Part shown: positions 26,351 to 39,864 of the stretch, in pieces | Numbering within the stretch: position 1 is the first letter of the stretch | Layout: each line of letters opens with the position of its first letter | Assembly: GCA_951406725.2 (NCBI GenBank) | Contig: OX597832.1 | Coordinates: forward strand, 32,488,001 to 32,552,000 | DNA from: Octopus vulgaris | Lineage: Eukaryota | Reading direction: 5' to 3' | Length of the DNA stretch: 64,000 nucleotides | Made by a program: the position numbers and the translations under genes | The notes under the pieces: generated by a model | Seen by the model: only the letters and a program-made list of their open reading frames with translations | What the model was told of the DNA's origin: nothing | Database searches by the model: none

Positions 26351-27280
26351 ATTATTTAATCTGCAACAATACAAGGTTTATAAAATTTTAATTCTGAGGC
26401 GTATAATTAATGCTAATACGATAGATGAATGCGTTTTCTTCGATAATAGTAAATCCGTGCTCTTACATTTCAAACACTTTATCGCCATCGGGTTTATAGT
26501 AACTGTAAAAGTTACTTCTTTCATTGTAGAAATATGTGTTGCAGCTGCTTTAAAGTTTACATCTGACATTATTATATTCAGTAAATTTCATCTGATGGTG
26601 AGATTCCAGCTCAAGAGTTTATCAGTATTGAGAGTAATCCCTTATTCAGCAATATATTCAGGTCTGATCTGAACCGAGGTGGTAGCAACATTCAAAGATC
26701 TCAGTTACGCCTGAAGTAGCCGAAGATTGTCCTCTGGTGAAAGCGTACCGGACTTGTAAGAGGTCCAGGTTTTTCAAAAGAGTCACATAATACCACCGAC
26801 GTATAGACGTAACCGCAATTCATGTGCATCAACATCACTACCTAAAGATCGAATTAGGCCCACGTCTCGAAGAGAGCAAACTAAAGTATTAGGAAAATGA
26901 GAAACCATTAATGTATATTTCGCAAAATAAAAGAACGTAAATCTTCAGACATTAACTAACAGAACCGGCACCTATTGTAAAGATTATGAGCCTTCAAGAT
27001 AAAGATTCATTCTTGTAAAATAGGCCCATAAACAGGGAATAGATCCTATATTGTAAGTCACCTGTAAGATTAGGTTTGAATAGGTGCTAAACTTTTCGGG
27101 CAACAATCAAATGACCTTGAATGAAATTATTTATTAAAATGATTAAGTTCAACAGTAATAATATATTGCTTGACTAACAAAATAGAATAAATACATTTGG
27201 CTTCTAAACTAAATGTATAAAGATATTCAATTTTAACTTTCATAATAATTTTATATTCATCAACGACACATGACAATGAT

Positions 27281-27332
<52 letters not shown>

Positions 27333-27578
27333 ATAGTGACAATGATGTAACCTGAATTGTCGTACTCCCTACCTAACTTCACATTAAACTTTACTACATA
27401 TTTTCCCCTATTTCCAGTTTTTATAAATCAAAGCTTTAATATATCCCAATACATTATTTAACGCTTTGTTAGTCTCTTCGTGTTTTTAAGACCCAATATG
27501 CCCATCCGCGCAGGCCTTCTTAACCACACATGTGCATGTAAACAGCCACTGTTAGCAATTTTAATGACCCTGCTGCTA

Positions 27579-27649
<71 letters not shown>

Positions 27650-28044
27650 GACGATGGTGGTGACTGTGCTTTCGCTGTTGCTGGTAATATTGTTATTGAC
27701 CATAAAAACCCAAATATTGAAGGTAATGCAAAGTGGAAATACGACCCCAAAAAAAGATTTAACTGCAAAATCTCAACAAAACCTGAATAAGAACAGTTTT
27801 CAGCTAGAATTGAAGACGAACTAAATCTTATTGAAGTAATTCATTCCGCAAACCCTAAATTATTCTGTTTTATCTAAAGCATGGAAAGTGGTCCTTTCCT
27901 TATTTCCTACTCAGAAACGCATCAGAATTGGCCCAATAAACATCAACTTCTTTCGTTATTTCCATTCACTTTTCGGTGAACACACTAGAATTCAGCGTTC
28001 TTTTCTACACCATCATCTTCCTCTAATCACTCAAGTAATAACTG

Positions 28045-28077
28045 TAATCTATAAAGATATCAAACAGTTCTCTTATA

Positions 28078-28159
<82 letters not shown>

Positions 28160-28194
28160 TATATAAGAGAACTGTTTGATATCTTTATAGATTA
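28045..28194. repeat. Near-perfect palindrome centred on (TA)n
   Basis: taatctataaagatatcaaacagttctctta-(TA)n-taagagaactgtttgatatctttatagatta. Confidence 0.95.
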
Positions 28195-28203
28195 TATATA
28201 TAG

Positions 28204-28260
<57 letters not shown>

Positions 28261-29389
28261 GTCATCAATGGTTTGTAAGTGTTCTAATGATGGTGATGGT
28301 TCTATAGCAAATTTGATTCACAAAATGTCCTTGTTTCATTTGTTTGAGATACTGTAAAACATATCAAAACGACAAGGAAAAAGGTAACTTAGTCTTCAAG
28401 AGGAAGTGTGACCGTAGATGCAGCAACACCAGTAACAAGCCAATACTTAACAGAAAAAGGAAAGAACAAAAGGACGAACAAAAATCATTAATTCTTCTCG
28501 GCCTTTGACGCTCAGGGTGATCGATCGTTCCCCACACTGAGTACAGAGCAACTAAAAGAAGAAATCTTTGATGGTTCTATCGTTTCGTAAACTCCTTCAA
28601 AGACACGAATTTACAATATTTATGAATAATATAGAATCTTTGATCTTGTGCAGTGATGTCTCATTAACCGAGAAATTCCTGTGATAGCTCACGACTCCAT
28701 CTACATAAACAACTAAACCATGTCTGTCTCTCTCTATATATTTCTCCTTTTTTTGTATTCTATATACTTTTCGTGTTCCTATTACCCTTCATCATTACTT
28801 GACGTATTATCGGTAACACATCCATCAATTCCTTTGATTTATCCGAAATACTGAAGTGTCAAGTTTAATTCAAAGTCACCAAGTCATGACTACCCCTTTA
28901 ATAAGTCTTAGCTGTCAACTGAGTTCACAAAGTGGTTTTGTCAGTTTCACAACAAGCATCTGTACCACCGAATTATTACTCCATTCAATATTCTCACCTA
29001 AACACCCATGTCTTACATCCGATTCATCGAACCCTCATTACTAGCTTTCTTACGCACACATCGTACATCCGAATGATCAAATCATTAATACTAATTATGT
29101 AATTACCATCATTAGTACCCAGAGAGGAGATCATGAACTGTAATGTTAGTTGTGTTACCTTTATAGAGTGTTCTCGAGTTATGCATATATCATTAATGCT
29201 TTTCCAATATTCCTAGATTGCATTCCAATGATCAAATCTATATATTGGTTTTCAAACCAGCCGTGAATAACTGAAATCGCATAATTAAACCATTGTAACT
29301 AATTTTGGTAACTACATAGATTGCTTCAGATTTATCAAATTCACAGTTCATGATTTCATTAATATCATAATTTGCCCACCGCGTGAATA

Positions 29390-29620
29390 CAATTTTTGCA
29401 CCCAACTTATTAAATCCTCGCTTCAGGTTTCGTTAAATTCCAGGTTTGCACCGACATATTGAATCATCCGTTCTTGTTTTGTTTCATTCTTGGCATGCAC
29501 CCGAGTTATCGAATCATCGATATTGGTTGTGTGAGAAATATTCCTGGCTTGCACCGGAATTATCAAATCACCGATACTGCTTGCTTTACCTTCCTGGTTT
29601 ACACCGAATAATAGCTACCG
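29390..29620. repeat. Degenerate ~50-bp tandem repeat (4-5 copies)
   Basis: Recurring tcctggcttgcaccggaattatcaaatcaccg-like unit at ~29393, 29439, 29488, 29542, 29592. Confidence 0.65.
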
Positions 29621-30172
29621 GAAATGCAAAGGCAATAAGATCGAAACATTAATATGCGTGCAGGCCACAAGGTGAAGGATTTCATTGTATGATTGTTGTA
29701 GATTTTTCGATTACTGTTTCTCTTACAATGCACTTGTAACAGGTTTTATGTAATATCTAATTCAATGTCCCCAGAGCATAGCAGCTAATAATATACGGAA
29801 ACAATGATATTGCTGTTGCTGTAGTGGGTGTTTTTGCTGGTGAAGGTGTTGATGGCAGCAGTGATGGCGATAGTAGTGATGTTAATAGATGTGTTGGTGG
29901 CGGTAGGAACGATGGTGGTGGTGGTGGTGGTAGTAGATAGATGGTGTTGAAGGTCAGTGTAAAGGTTAGCCTGATAAAGTTTATCAATATCGGTAAATGG
30001 AGGCGGCAGCAGCGGTCCTGTGCAGCTGCACCATTTACTTCCAAAGTACACAGGAGCAGCAGTTACGGGGATAGGGGTGTTTTGTAAAGATGCAAAGGGA
30101 TAGAGTATTCGGTGTTCAAGTCTCAGAGTGGGGTTAGCAATACAGACACATAAATACGCACCCGCCACAGCT

Positions 30173-30215
<43 letters not shown>

Positions 30216-30262
30216 TATATATATACATAAATATATACATATATGTATGTACATATATATAC

Positions 30263-30296
<34 letters not shown>

Positions 30297-30343
30297 GTAT
30301 GTAAGTATATATATATATATATACATATATAAACATATACATA

Positions 30344-30405
<62 letters not shown>

Positions 30406-31224
30406 AGTATGTATGTATGCATGTATGTATGTATTAAATTGTCAATTAATATGCAAATAACGATGAAAAATATGATGACAAAACAAACAACTGCTGGTGT
30501 CCACGTGATGGAATTGAAACTGCTGCAGGCGTTGCTGCAGCATGACCGTACTCTAATGACAGTGACCAACAAAATGAATCAAATAACAGAATTCCACTAT
30601 TCATTAGGTTGTTATCGTCCAATACTTCGTTTTTTGTTCTAATTTTTTGAAACTAATTTAAATGAGCTCCAATTAACAGGCAAAATAACAAAAGTAATTA
30701 TAAATATAAAATATTTATGGTCTAATTGTGAATAATTTTTGTTTACATTTTTCCCTGATTGCCGTGGCAAATTATCTCGTCATAGCAGAATATAATAACC
30801 ATTATGAGTTCTCTTCGAATGGTGTTTACCGGCTGAAAATATGAAACAGTTGATCATGATATGAAATTTAACTAAGCGTGAATTCCAAACAATATTTGTG
30901 TAATACCAAATAAGAAATACACATTTATGTACTTCGTATGTTTATCCTCTTATATTGGTGGACCTTTCCTATTTGCGTAAGAAGGGGCTAGTATATTCTG
31001 AATGGAGGAAGCAATTTCGCGGCCGTGATACTAAATTTAATGATAAAATTCAGCAAATTAATGAATATAACTTAAATACTGAAGAATGCCATGAAGGAAC
31101 TGTAGACTAACTGTACACAAATGTGCTGGTCAATTTTCTTGTCTTTTCTTTAAATGGGCCCTCTTCTAATTGCAATAATAATTAGTTCTAATTAATACAT
31201 GAGGGTGGGGAATGGAGGAAAACG

Positions 31225-31350
31225 AAAGAAATCGACTCTAACGTCTCTCATACTTCGGTCCTTATTTATCGCCCCACTCCGACCCCCTGAAAGATGAAAG
31301 ACATGTTTGATTTAGATGAGGTTTGAAATCATCATTCAAAAACCCGGAAC
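31225..31350 (-). mobile_element. Degraded S1 SINE fragment
   Basis: tttatcgcccc...gaccccctgaaagatgaaagacatgtttgatttagatgaggtttgaaatc. Confidence 0.5.
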
Positions 31351-32444
31351 AAATATTACTGTGTTTGATGGGTGGGTGAAGGGAAACAACTCTGGTACTC
31401 GTTGATAGAGGAAATGTGAACTGGAAACTTGTGGGATTTGAAAAATAAAATATATATAAAATTTACTGTAAAGATTGAGGACTGATACAGGATTATCCCA
31501 GAGAAACTAAATCAAAAATATATCTGTGGGAATAGATATGGCCAGCGTATTGAGCGGTCCTGCATTTCAGTGCATTGTTTGTTACAAGTGGAGAATGACA
31601 GCAAGTCTGCCCGGAGCAGCGTTACGAAGAAAATCTCTCACATAAAGATGATATAATCTTATTTCGTAGGAATGTATTATCTAATAGAAATCTGTGTATT
31701 ATTCTCCTTGAACATCTCTTCTATTTTCAGATGTAGACTGTGTTTTCCTTTTTTTAAGATGGCGTACAAAGATGGAAATTTAAATATTAGTATTATCATG
31801 ACGAGTGAAAAATTATAACTTCCAACAATCGAATTTTGTTCAAGTGGCGTCCATCGAATACATGCCAGGAAGGTATTGGGCCCATCCCACATACATTTTT
31901 CACGAATGTTTAATAATGCTCATTATCACAAAATCTCTCAAATTACACCCTGCAGAACAAATTAAGGTAGTCCATGATATACAAAGAAAACTTAATGTTT
32001 ATATCATCGACACTTTAAGAACATATTTTGCGTGAACAATTAAAGAAAATCAACGAGAACTGCCAGAGATTTGCATGCTTCTAAGTTAAAACGCCATTAG
32101 TTCAACACACGTTTGTTTCTCCTCATTTAAACTTAATTAAAAAATAGATGAAAAAATCCTGTTATTAATGAGTTTAAATTAAGAAACGAAAATAACATAA
32201 ATATATGCATTGGCAATAAATATGGCTGGGAGAAAAGGTCAGAAGAAAGCGTGACATAATCAAAATAAAATAAGGGAAATTAGATAAGATTTTGTAGAAA
32301 TTCGTTCAATTGAGAAGATTATTTCCTGAACGTTGCAGGATGAAGTCTCAACGACATGAATTAATGCTAAACATACATATTTAAAGTGAATAACAACAAC
32401 AACAACAACAACAACAACAATAATAATAATAATAATAATAATAA

Positions 32445-32910
32445 TGATAAATTCCAAGACTACACATATTGCAATATCTGAGAATGCACGCATAAGTGAC
32501 AAAGAACTGGAAAATATTCAAAAGTACAGATACTAAAAGAGGGAATTGCAAGAATGTGGAATGTGAGGAGAGTGTCCGTTAAAGGATCGCACAACAGTAC
32601 TTGCAGGAAGGCGCAGTACCCAGCTGGATGACAAACGAAAAGACATTTTTGTGTTCTAAGGATCCTGAAAATGTAAATGTTGCATCCGACTTCCGCTCAA
32701 TAACCTGCCTTCCTCTAATGTGGAAACTAATGCCAGATGCTTTGTCAGGTGAACTGTATTGATACTTAGCAAAAAGTGGGATGTTTCTTATTGAACAGAA
32801 AGTGTGCTTAAAGAAGAGCTGGCAGACGGAGGACCTGCTCTTGGATAATAAGAACAATGGAAATGTATGGAGATGCAGAAAACATGAAAACCTTATATGG
32901 AATTAACTGC
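32445..32910 (+). mobile_element. R4/Dong-clade LINE relic with RLE piece upstream of RT piece
   Basis: IAISENARISDKELENIQKY/ILKEGIARMWNVRRV then RIAQQYLQEGAVPSWMTNEKTFLCSKDPENVNVASDFRSITCLPLMWKLM...EQKVCLKKSWQTEDLLLDNK; begins after (aac)n(aat)n. Confidence 0.85.
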
Positions 32911-33350
32911 AAGTCACTCCTTTCTATCTTCTACCTTTTTGCCACTCGACGCCCATGTCTCAATTCTGTTCCTTTTTCTCTTCTTTTTTTCTTATCTCTC
33001 TTCTTTATATCCTCCAGGCGTTAATCCATCATTCTCGTGTTTGGCCCCCAAGGCTACATTTATTGTTCTCGTCTCTCGTTTCAAATTACTGCTGTTTACT
33101 TTCGTACGTCCACCCTCTATTGTATTCTATACTCGTGCCTAAATATTCGGCAAATGTTGCGGGTGCCGCCGATGTACGAAGTTCCTAGTCTTATCGTTAG
33201 AGGCATGAAACTAGATATTAGTATCTTTCGGTCGATAACTGATGAAATATTAGGGTTCTGGCGTCTGTCCTACGTGTACGTTTTATAGTGTATTTTTCGT
33301 ATATAGTATAAATGAACGTAACGCCTCCAGACATTCCTCGACAGTAAGTT

Positions 33351-33427
<77 letters not shown>

Positions 33428-33430
<3 letters not shown>

Positions 33431-33625
33431 GAGGTTTGGAGATGATGTACAGGTATTTTATATTAGAAGAAATGAGGTTCTCAGAAATCCGAATGGTTTT
33501 ATATTTACAGATATTTATTTGTATGTTACATGATTTTATACATCATATATCGTATATCATATATAATAACGCTTTCGTCCTCTCACGCGGAGTCTTCAAA
33601 TTGATATAAATGGATATAAACTATA
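33428..33625 (-). mobile_element. Probable Penelope pLTR fragment between (TA)n tracts, with degenerate hammerhead
   Basis: Minus strand 33607-33560: UUGAAGA cucc gcgugaga ggac GAAA gcgu UA; same architecture as 15001-15275. Confidence 0.45.
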
Positions 33626-33628
33626 TGA

Positions 33629-33671
<43 letters not shown>

Positions 33672-33838
33672 CATATAGTATATATCCATTTCAAAAAGAA
33701 AAGTAAATGGGGATAAGGGAGGTAATAATTATTTATTATTAAACAATTATTAATTCCCTTATCTCCATTTTCTATTCTTATTCGATGCACAGAAACACAC
33801 ACACACACAAACATACATATATATATATATACAGGCAC

Positions 33839-33920
<82 letters not shown>

Positions 33921-34639
33921 AATTGAAAAATTGAAATGAATAAGAAGGTGTATGGTTGGACAGTTTTAATCGCTACAGCTGCTTCGACGCAGCGTAGTTC
34001 TCCAAGAATACAAGATATTATGCAAGTATTTGTTTTTATTATGAAATCAAGTTGTGTTTCCACAGGCGATACGACCATCCATGTAATATGCTATCCGACA
34101 CCTGCGACCTTTGCCTTGAGTAAGCCACAAACATGTTGAGAAAATGTCGAGATATTCCGACAGCGCTAAATCTCTGATGATAATAATTTTTAAAATTAAA
34201 TGCTATCTCCATTTTCTTTATTTCCTTTATATGAATAGGTAGATATATATTTAATTTACTGTTACGTGAAATTAAGATCAACAATTTACTCGATCAGGTG
34301 AGGAACAAATATTACATAATAGACACAATAGATGTTTTTAGGTGACTCTATTAGTTTGTATGTTGAGTAATACCCCAAACATAATCAACAACCACAAGCC
34401 ACATATCATAACGAACTATATATGTATGTATATGTGTGTGTGTGTGAGTGTTTTCTGTGTGTGTATGATATGCATATATATTTATACACGCACACACACA
34501 TATATATCACCTGATTTTGAAATTGTATGGATAATACCGTAATAAATTCTGGTGCCTCTACTTACGTACCTAATTGATCTGAATATCTATCTATCTATAT
34601 ATATATGAATATCTATCTATCTCTATATATATGTATGTA

Positions 34640-34675
<36 letters not shown>

Positions 34676-34712
34676 CACTTATATGCATATATATACGTAT
34701 ATTTATGTATAT

Positions 34713-34861
<149 letters not shown>

Positions 34862-35509
34862 CATATATATGTATGTACGTATATGTGTGTGTATGTATGT
34901 ACATATATGACTCCCATATTGCTTATTCGTACCATGCTAATTATTAACAAGATTGTTAATTATACACCTAAGTTAATGATTGATATGATAAAAATGGAAA
35001 ACAATTCTATATGCAGGAAATTAATAATTATCTCTTTTTCAATTAGACGCGAAACCTGCAACCTTTGAGTGGCAATATTTAATGGAAGCAAATTTGCTAT
35101 CGTCCTGTTTACAAGATGCTGAAGTTCTAACAAAATTGATCGTTCAATGTTCTCACTACCAGCATCTGGTATAATTGAATTCTTCACGGTACTATGTTAC
35201 AAGCACTATATTATTAGACTGCGAGGCGGGATGTGTTTGGTTCGTTCGCTAGCAACAGCACTGAGTCGCATTCTCTATGGTATAGACACGCGATTCGCAA
35301 TTATTCTGGCTTTACAAATAATGTGTACGTGGCGATCTATTTTTGCTCGCTAACTCGAAAAGAAATAACGGCCAGATCGTTCTGAGTCTACGTTAGGCAT
35401 ATTGCTTGAAAATTGGATGTATAACTTAATGTGATCTCCATGACATTTGGCCAGAACAAACCAGATGTGAATGTCATAGAATAGAGATTAACATAGTTCT
35501 TTTATAAAA

Positions 35510-35750
35510 GGGTGAACTGGAGTTCCAACGGTGTCTTTGTGTAGCGGTGCTTCTATGTGATGGCTCTATCTACAAAAATTAGCAGTTATATCTACTTGAA
35601 GCCATACGCTGCGACCTTTAAAATGTATACATTAAATAAAGCCATCCGTCTAACGCTTACTATGAAAAATTCAAAACTGGCATGGCTGGAATGCCTTTGA
35701 TCCAACTTTCTGTTTTATCACAACTGACGTAAGATAAAGCAACAACAACG
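35510..35750 (+). mobile_element. Degraded SINE-like repeat 3' part ending in (aac)n
   Basis: ggcatggctggaatgcctttgatc...aaagcaacaacaac; related ends on minus strand near 24195-24250 and 23050-23110. Confidence 0.5.
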
Positions 35751-35762
35751 GAATCCAACAGC

Positions 35763-35872
<110 letters not shown>

Positions 35873-36261
35873 TATGTGCTTTTTGTGTGTGCGTGAGAGG
35901 GATTGCGTGCGTGCGTGTGTGTGTGTGTGTATTGCACAGTGAGAATCGTACTCACTGACAGCAGTGAGTAATTATAATGTAGAGTAGAAAACTAGATTTT
36001 AGGCTACAGTTGAAATCCTTTAATGACTGTAACCTTGGAACAAACAAACAAGAAATGCTCCGACTCGTTTCATAACTTTCTAAAGTAACAGCCAAATCAT
36101 CCTCAAAATAGAATCAATTCAGTTATTGAATCTGTCCTTTCGTAAAGGATTTTGTGTGTCGCCGATTGAAATAACAACACGATATTCAATATCACTCCAG
36201 TGTAGATTTCACAGATCCTGGTTGATATTATTGATGATAACTTGATAAACGCTGATACGAC

Positions 36262-36500
36262 ATCAACGACGATTTCATCTCAATCGAAGGAGAGGGGCTT
36301 TCTCCGTCCGGGTTGCGGATCCGTGGAATAAGCTGCTGGACGAGATGGTGAAGATGCTTACGACCGCTCGGTTCAAAGTCTCCCTTGACCACAAGTGGCC
36401 TGAACTCTTTACATGAACACCACCCTGTACATAACTCCATGTCCCCCTAAATGGTCTTGCTTTTTGCTTTTTGAGCCAAAAAATTAACTAACTAACTAAC
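36262..36500 (+). mobile_element. CR1-clade LINE 3' end with (TAAC)n tail
   Basis: RRFHLNRRRGAFSVRVADPWNKLLDEMVKMLTTARFKVSLDHKWPELFT* then short UTR and taactaactaactaac. Confidence 0.88.
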
Positions 36501-37292
36501 GTCTTGGCAACTATCAGTCTGTGCGGTGAATTATACAAGATTAAATAGAAAGCATGATGCCCAAACTTAAAACAGAATGGGTTCTCTCAATGGTAATGTT
36601 TATAGTTACTTTGCATTTGAGCAAAACGTTATCCTGTCGTGTACCTAGTTCATGATGTTACAGAATCCACCATTTCATCTCACACCGTTTGTCAGGGATA
36701 GATTGTACTTATACACATCTTCCATGTGAGCAAGCCAATCGCAGTGGCATAGATATGATCTATTTTAACTCTTGTTTTGCTATTCGGTAATGCTATATTA
36801 CAACAAAATTATGGAAGCGTGGAATTTGTGCAATTTTCAGATAAATTGCTTTAACGTGTGTTAAAGACGTCATCAATCTCTAGAAAATCAAATATTCAAC
36901 TTTTATATTTTATATGAAAAATAACTAATTTTATTATAGTACGCAATAACATCTATCAATAAGATTATAGTTTTTCGGTGAATTACTATTATATATAAGT
37001 AGTTTCGAAACAATTTCCAATAATTTCAATCCAATTCCATCAGTTTGGTATTTGATCATGCTCATCTAGAAATAGTTTGGTGGTGGTTGAGCATGGTACG
37101 GAATTGAGTTTGGACCATGTATGGTTATTTGAAGCCCTCCACCCCAGCAGAAACAAAAAAGAGAACGCTCTTCTCCACTGAGCTACGACATGGATACGAT
37201 TCTGAGTATAAATCGAAAGGAAAAGGGACTTGACATAATATTACTTCTGCTGATGCCGCAGTTAATATTGATATTATTAACCCATTAATGAG

Positions 37293-37480
37293 TGTGGTGG
37301 ATGGACAGAATGTAGAGCAAACCGGACGAAATACCTTGACATATTTTTACCGGTTCTTTTTGCTCTGATTTCACCTCCCGCCACTGTCAGTTTTGCATTT
37401 CATTTCAGAGAGATCATTAGAAGTTCGAGTCAATCACTGCGTTCATTATAATCGGATGTTCCTCCCCAACCAAATTTCTG
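37293..37480 (+). mobile_element. Degraded S1 SINE
   Basis: gacagaatgtagagcaaaccggacgaaatacctt...ctctgatttcacctcccgccactgtcagttttgcatttcat. Confidence 0.55.
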
Positions 37481-37719
37481 GTGGTTTTTTCATTTTGTAA
37501 ACATAATATTCAAAAATTTTAGGTTCAGAAGCTATAGTTGACATGATACATACTCAACCCCATAGGATCGTACGGAAATCGAACTTAAAATCAGTTAGCA
37601 AGAAATGGAACCTGATACCCACAGAATTTCGCCTTTACTCAGTATCTTAAGAACTCTTTCCTTTCGGTCATCCTGTATGGTCCGTTGCAGGGTTCAAGGC
37701 CACCAGTTTTTAGGGAAGT

Positions 37720-37890
37720 GGACAAATCGATTAGAGTACCCATAGTTGATTGGTACTTTATTTTATCGACTACGGAGAGATATGAGAGAGATAAAGTTGA
37801 AATTGGCGGGATTTGAACGCAGAACGTAAAGAATCGGAAGAAATGCTTCTAAGCATTTTACCGAAAGTGATAACAATTCTGTCAGTTTGC
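37720..37890 (-). mobile_element. S1 SINE copy
   Basis: ttggtactttattttatcgac...ggcgggatttgaacgcagaacgtaaaga...aaatgcttctaagcatttt...aacaattctgtcagtt. Confidence 0.7.
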
Positions 37891-39069
37891 ATACGGCAGC
37901 AGATACACAGGAAACATAAAACGAAGAATTAGCAGACGCGTGATACATCTTCGCAACCCATTGCAGGTGAAAGCTTTCTTTTTTGTACTTGGAGTTAGAG
38001 AGGGAGGAAGTTTATAATTTGGTCTCAAATGTTATCTTCTGAAGCGTTTGATTCTTGGGTTGGTGTAAACGCTATAAGTGTCGAAACGAAAACGCTGTCC
38101 TAACAGAGAACAGTTTCGAAAACTCTATTCTTGACACCCTCTTCTATCTATCCTATTGATCTATCCTATTTATATTCACAGCAAGAAGAAAAGGCGTCCA
38201 AGAAAATGCTTCGTATAATTATCCACGAGAAAAGACAACTTCACTTCTCTTTGCACTTCTAACACAACTACATTGTTTAAGTTATTGAGGTTGTCTTCAA
38301 GGAATCCTACCTCTATTACAACTTTGAAACAATCTTAACTCTGTAACGAAATCGAAAACATTAACTATCTATGGTATTATCTTTCTATGTAAAAGACGTG
38401 TGATTTCGTATTTAGAGTATCGGGCTTACATTCATAACGCCGTTGGTTCGATTCCTGGATCGAGAGTATCTATAGGTCCCAGAGAAAAGTCAGCGTATGT
38501 TCTATCGCCACAATTTGCTTAACTGAAAATTCATAACAGCGCCTCTTACTCCAGTCATATCCTCAACCTTACGAAACTGGATCAAGAATGAGTCGACCAA
38601 CATGGTGTTTACGTTTGAATGAAACTGCTTTGATACATAAAACTAATAGAACTGTCATGAGACATGTAATCATGTTATAGTGTCTTGGAAGCGAAAACTT
38701 CGTATACAATAAGTTTGGTAAAGCATTAACAAATCCTAAACACACCACATTTATTATTTTCATCACACAAGAGAAAAAATCAGCATGGCTTCACTTGAAA
38801 CAGCTTCAGCAGTGGCCCTCTTGGGATGTGGATTTGAGAAATAAAATCCAATTAGAAATACGCGCACACACACACACACACACACACACATACATACACA
38901 GACACACAGACGCACAAATAAGGACAACCTATGGAATGTCTGATTGCCAAGACTTTTCAAGGCGGAATTATTTTCTCGTGGAAATCTGTGACTCAGATAA
39001 AAGTTTGGGTGTCACAATTAACGGCATATAATATTTATCTCCATTATATATCATCCTGAGCTGTCGTCA

Positions 39070-39700
39070 TGCCTTGGTCGACTGAACTTCATATTGCCCG
39101 GAAAGTATTTGTATTACCATTAATCCGGAATTAATCTGATTATTGAAGACCTCTCAGACACTGTTCGTGCGAAACGGCAGCACCGGTTCTTGTAAAGGTT
39201 ATAATCATAACGTGATTTTGACGGAATATCTCTCATAAATGGAACCTACTATACAGACTACTTCGTCGTTACTGTCATTTTTATTTAGCCCTGGGTAAAA
39301 CAAGCTTAAAAAGAGAAATGACGAAAGGTGTTCTGTTTTTGACCATTCTGTCTCCGTTTTTGTTCCAGTTATGTAATATACAGAAGAAACAGATAACATA
39401 TAAGTCCTCCATTTCTAGAATGAAAGGAGTTAGTTTCGAGGATATTTTTGGCAAAGTTAGCGACCAGAGAGAGACCCAGCTTTGGTGCAAATGACTTTGG
39501 TTATTGCCATTGTTCTTGTAAAGATGTGTTAAGCAACAGATCAGGTGCCATCGCTATATAATAGTTAAGTGTTTGTTAAAAAACGCAGCCGATGTCAACG
39601 TTTAATTCTGCGGACAACTAAGAGTTTCCTTGCATGGGCAACCGATTCCGCACGTCACAAGTTATATAGGATATAGATAACACAAGTCTTCGAATGCTGC
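39070..39700 (+). pseudogene. Possible decayed ankyrin-repeat coding fragment
   Basis: STELHIARK (~39078); RNGSTGSCKGY..LTEYL/LINGT (~39170-39246); RCHRYIIVKCLLKNAADVNV*..VSLH/WA (39543-39640); resembles the G.TPLH.A...GH..IVK.LL..GADVN consensus, with stops and frameshifts. Confidence 0.4.
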
Positions 39701-39788
39701 ACAGCCATTGCAGTACTAGGACTAAATATATATAAATTTTCCACAGTAAAGAACAATAACGAGATAAATGAATAAATAAATAATAATA

Positions 39789-39864
<76 letters not shown>

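Noticed and set aside
28495-28507. 13-nt match to the U2 snRNA 5' end (cttctcggccttt)
   Set aside because: Similarity does not continue; likely chance.
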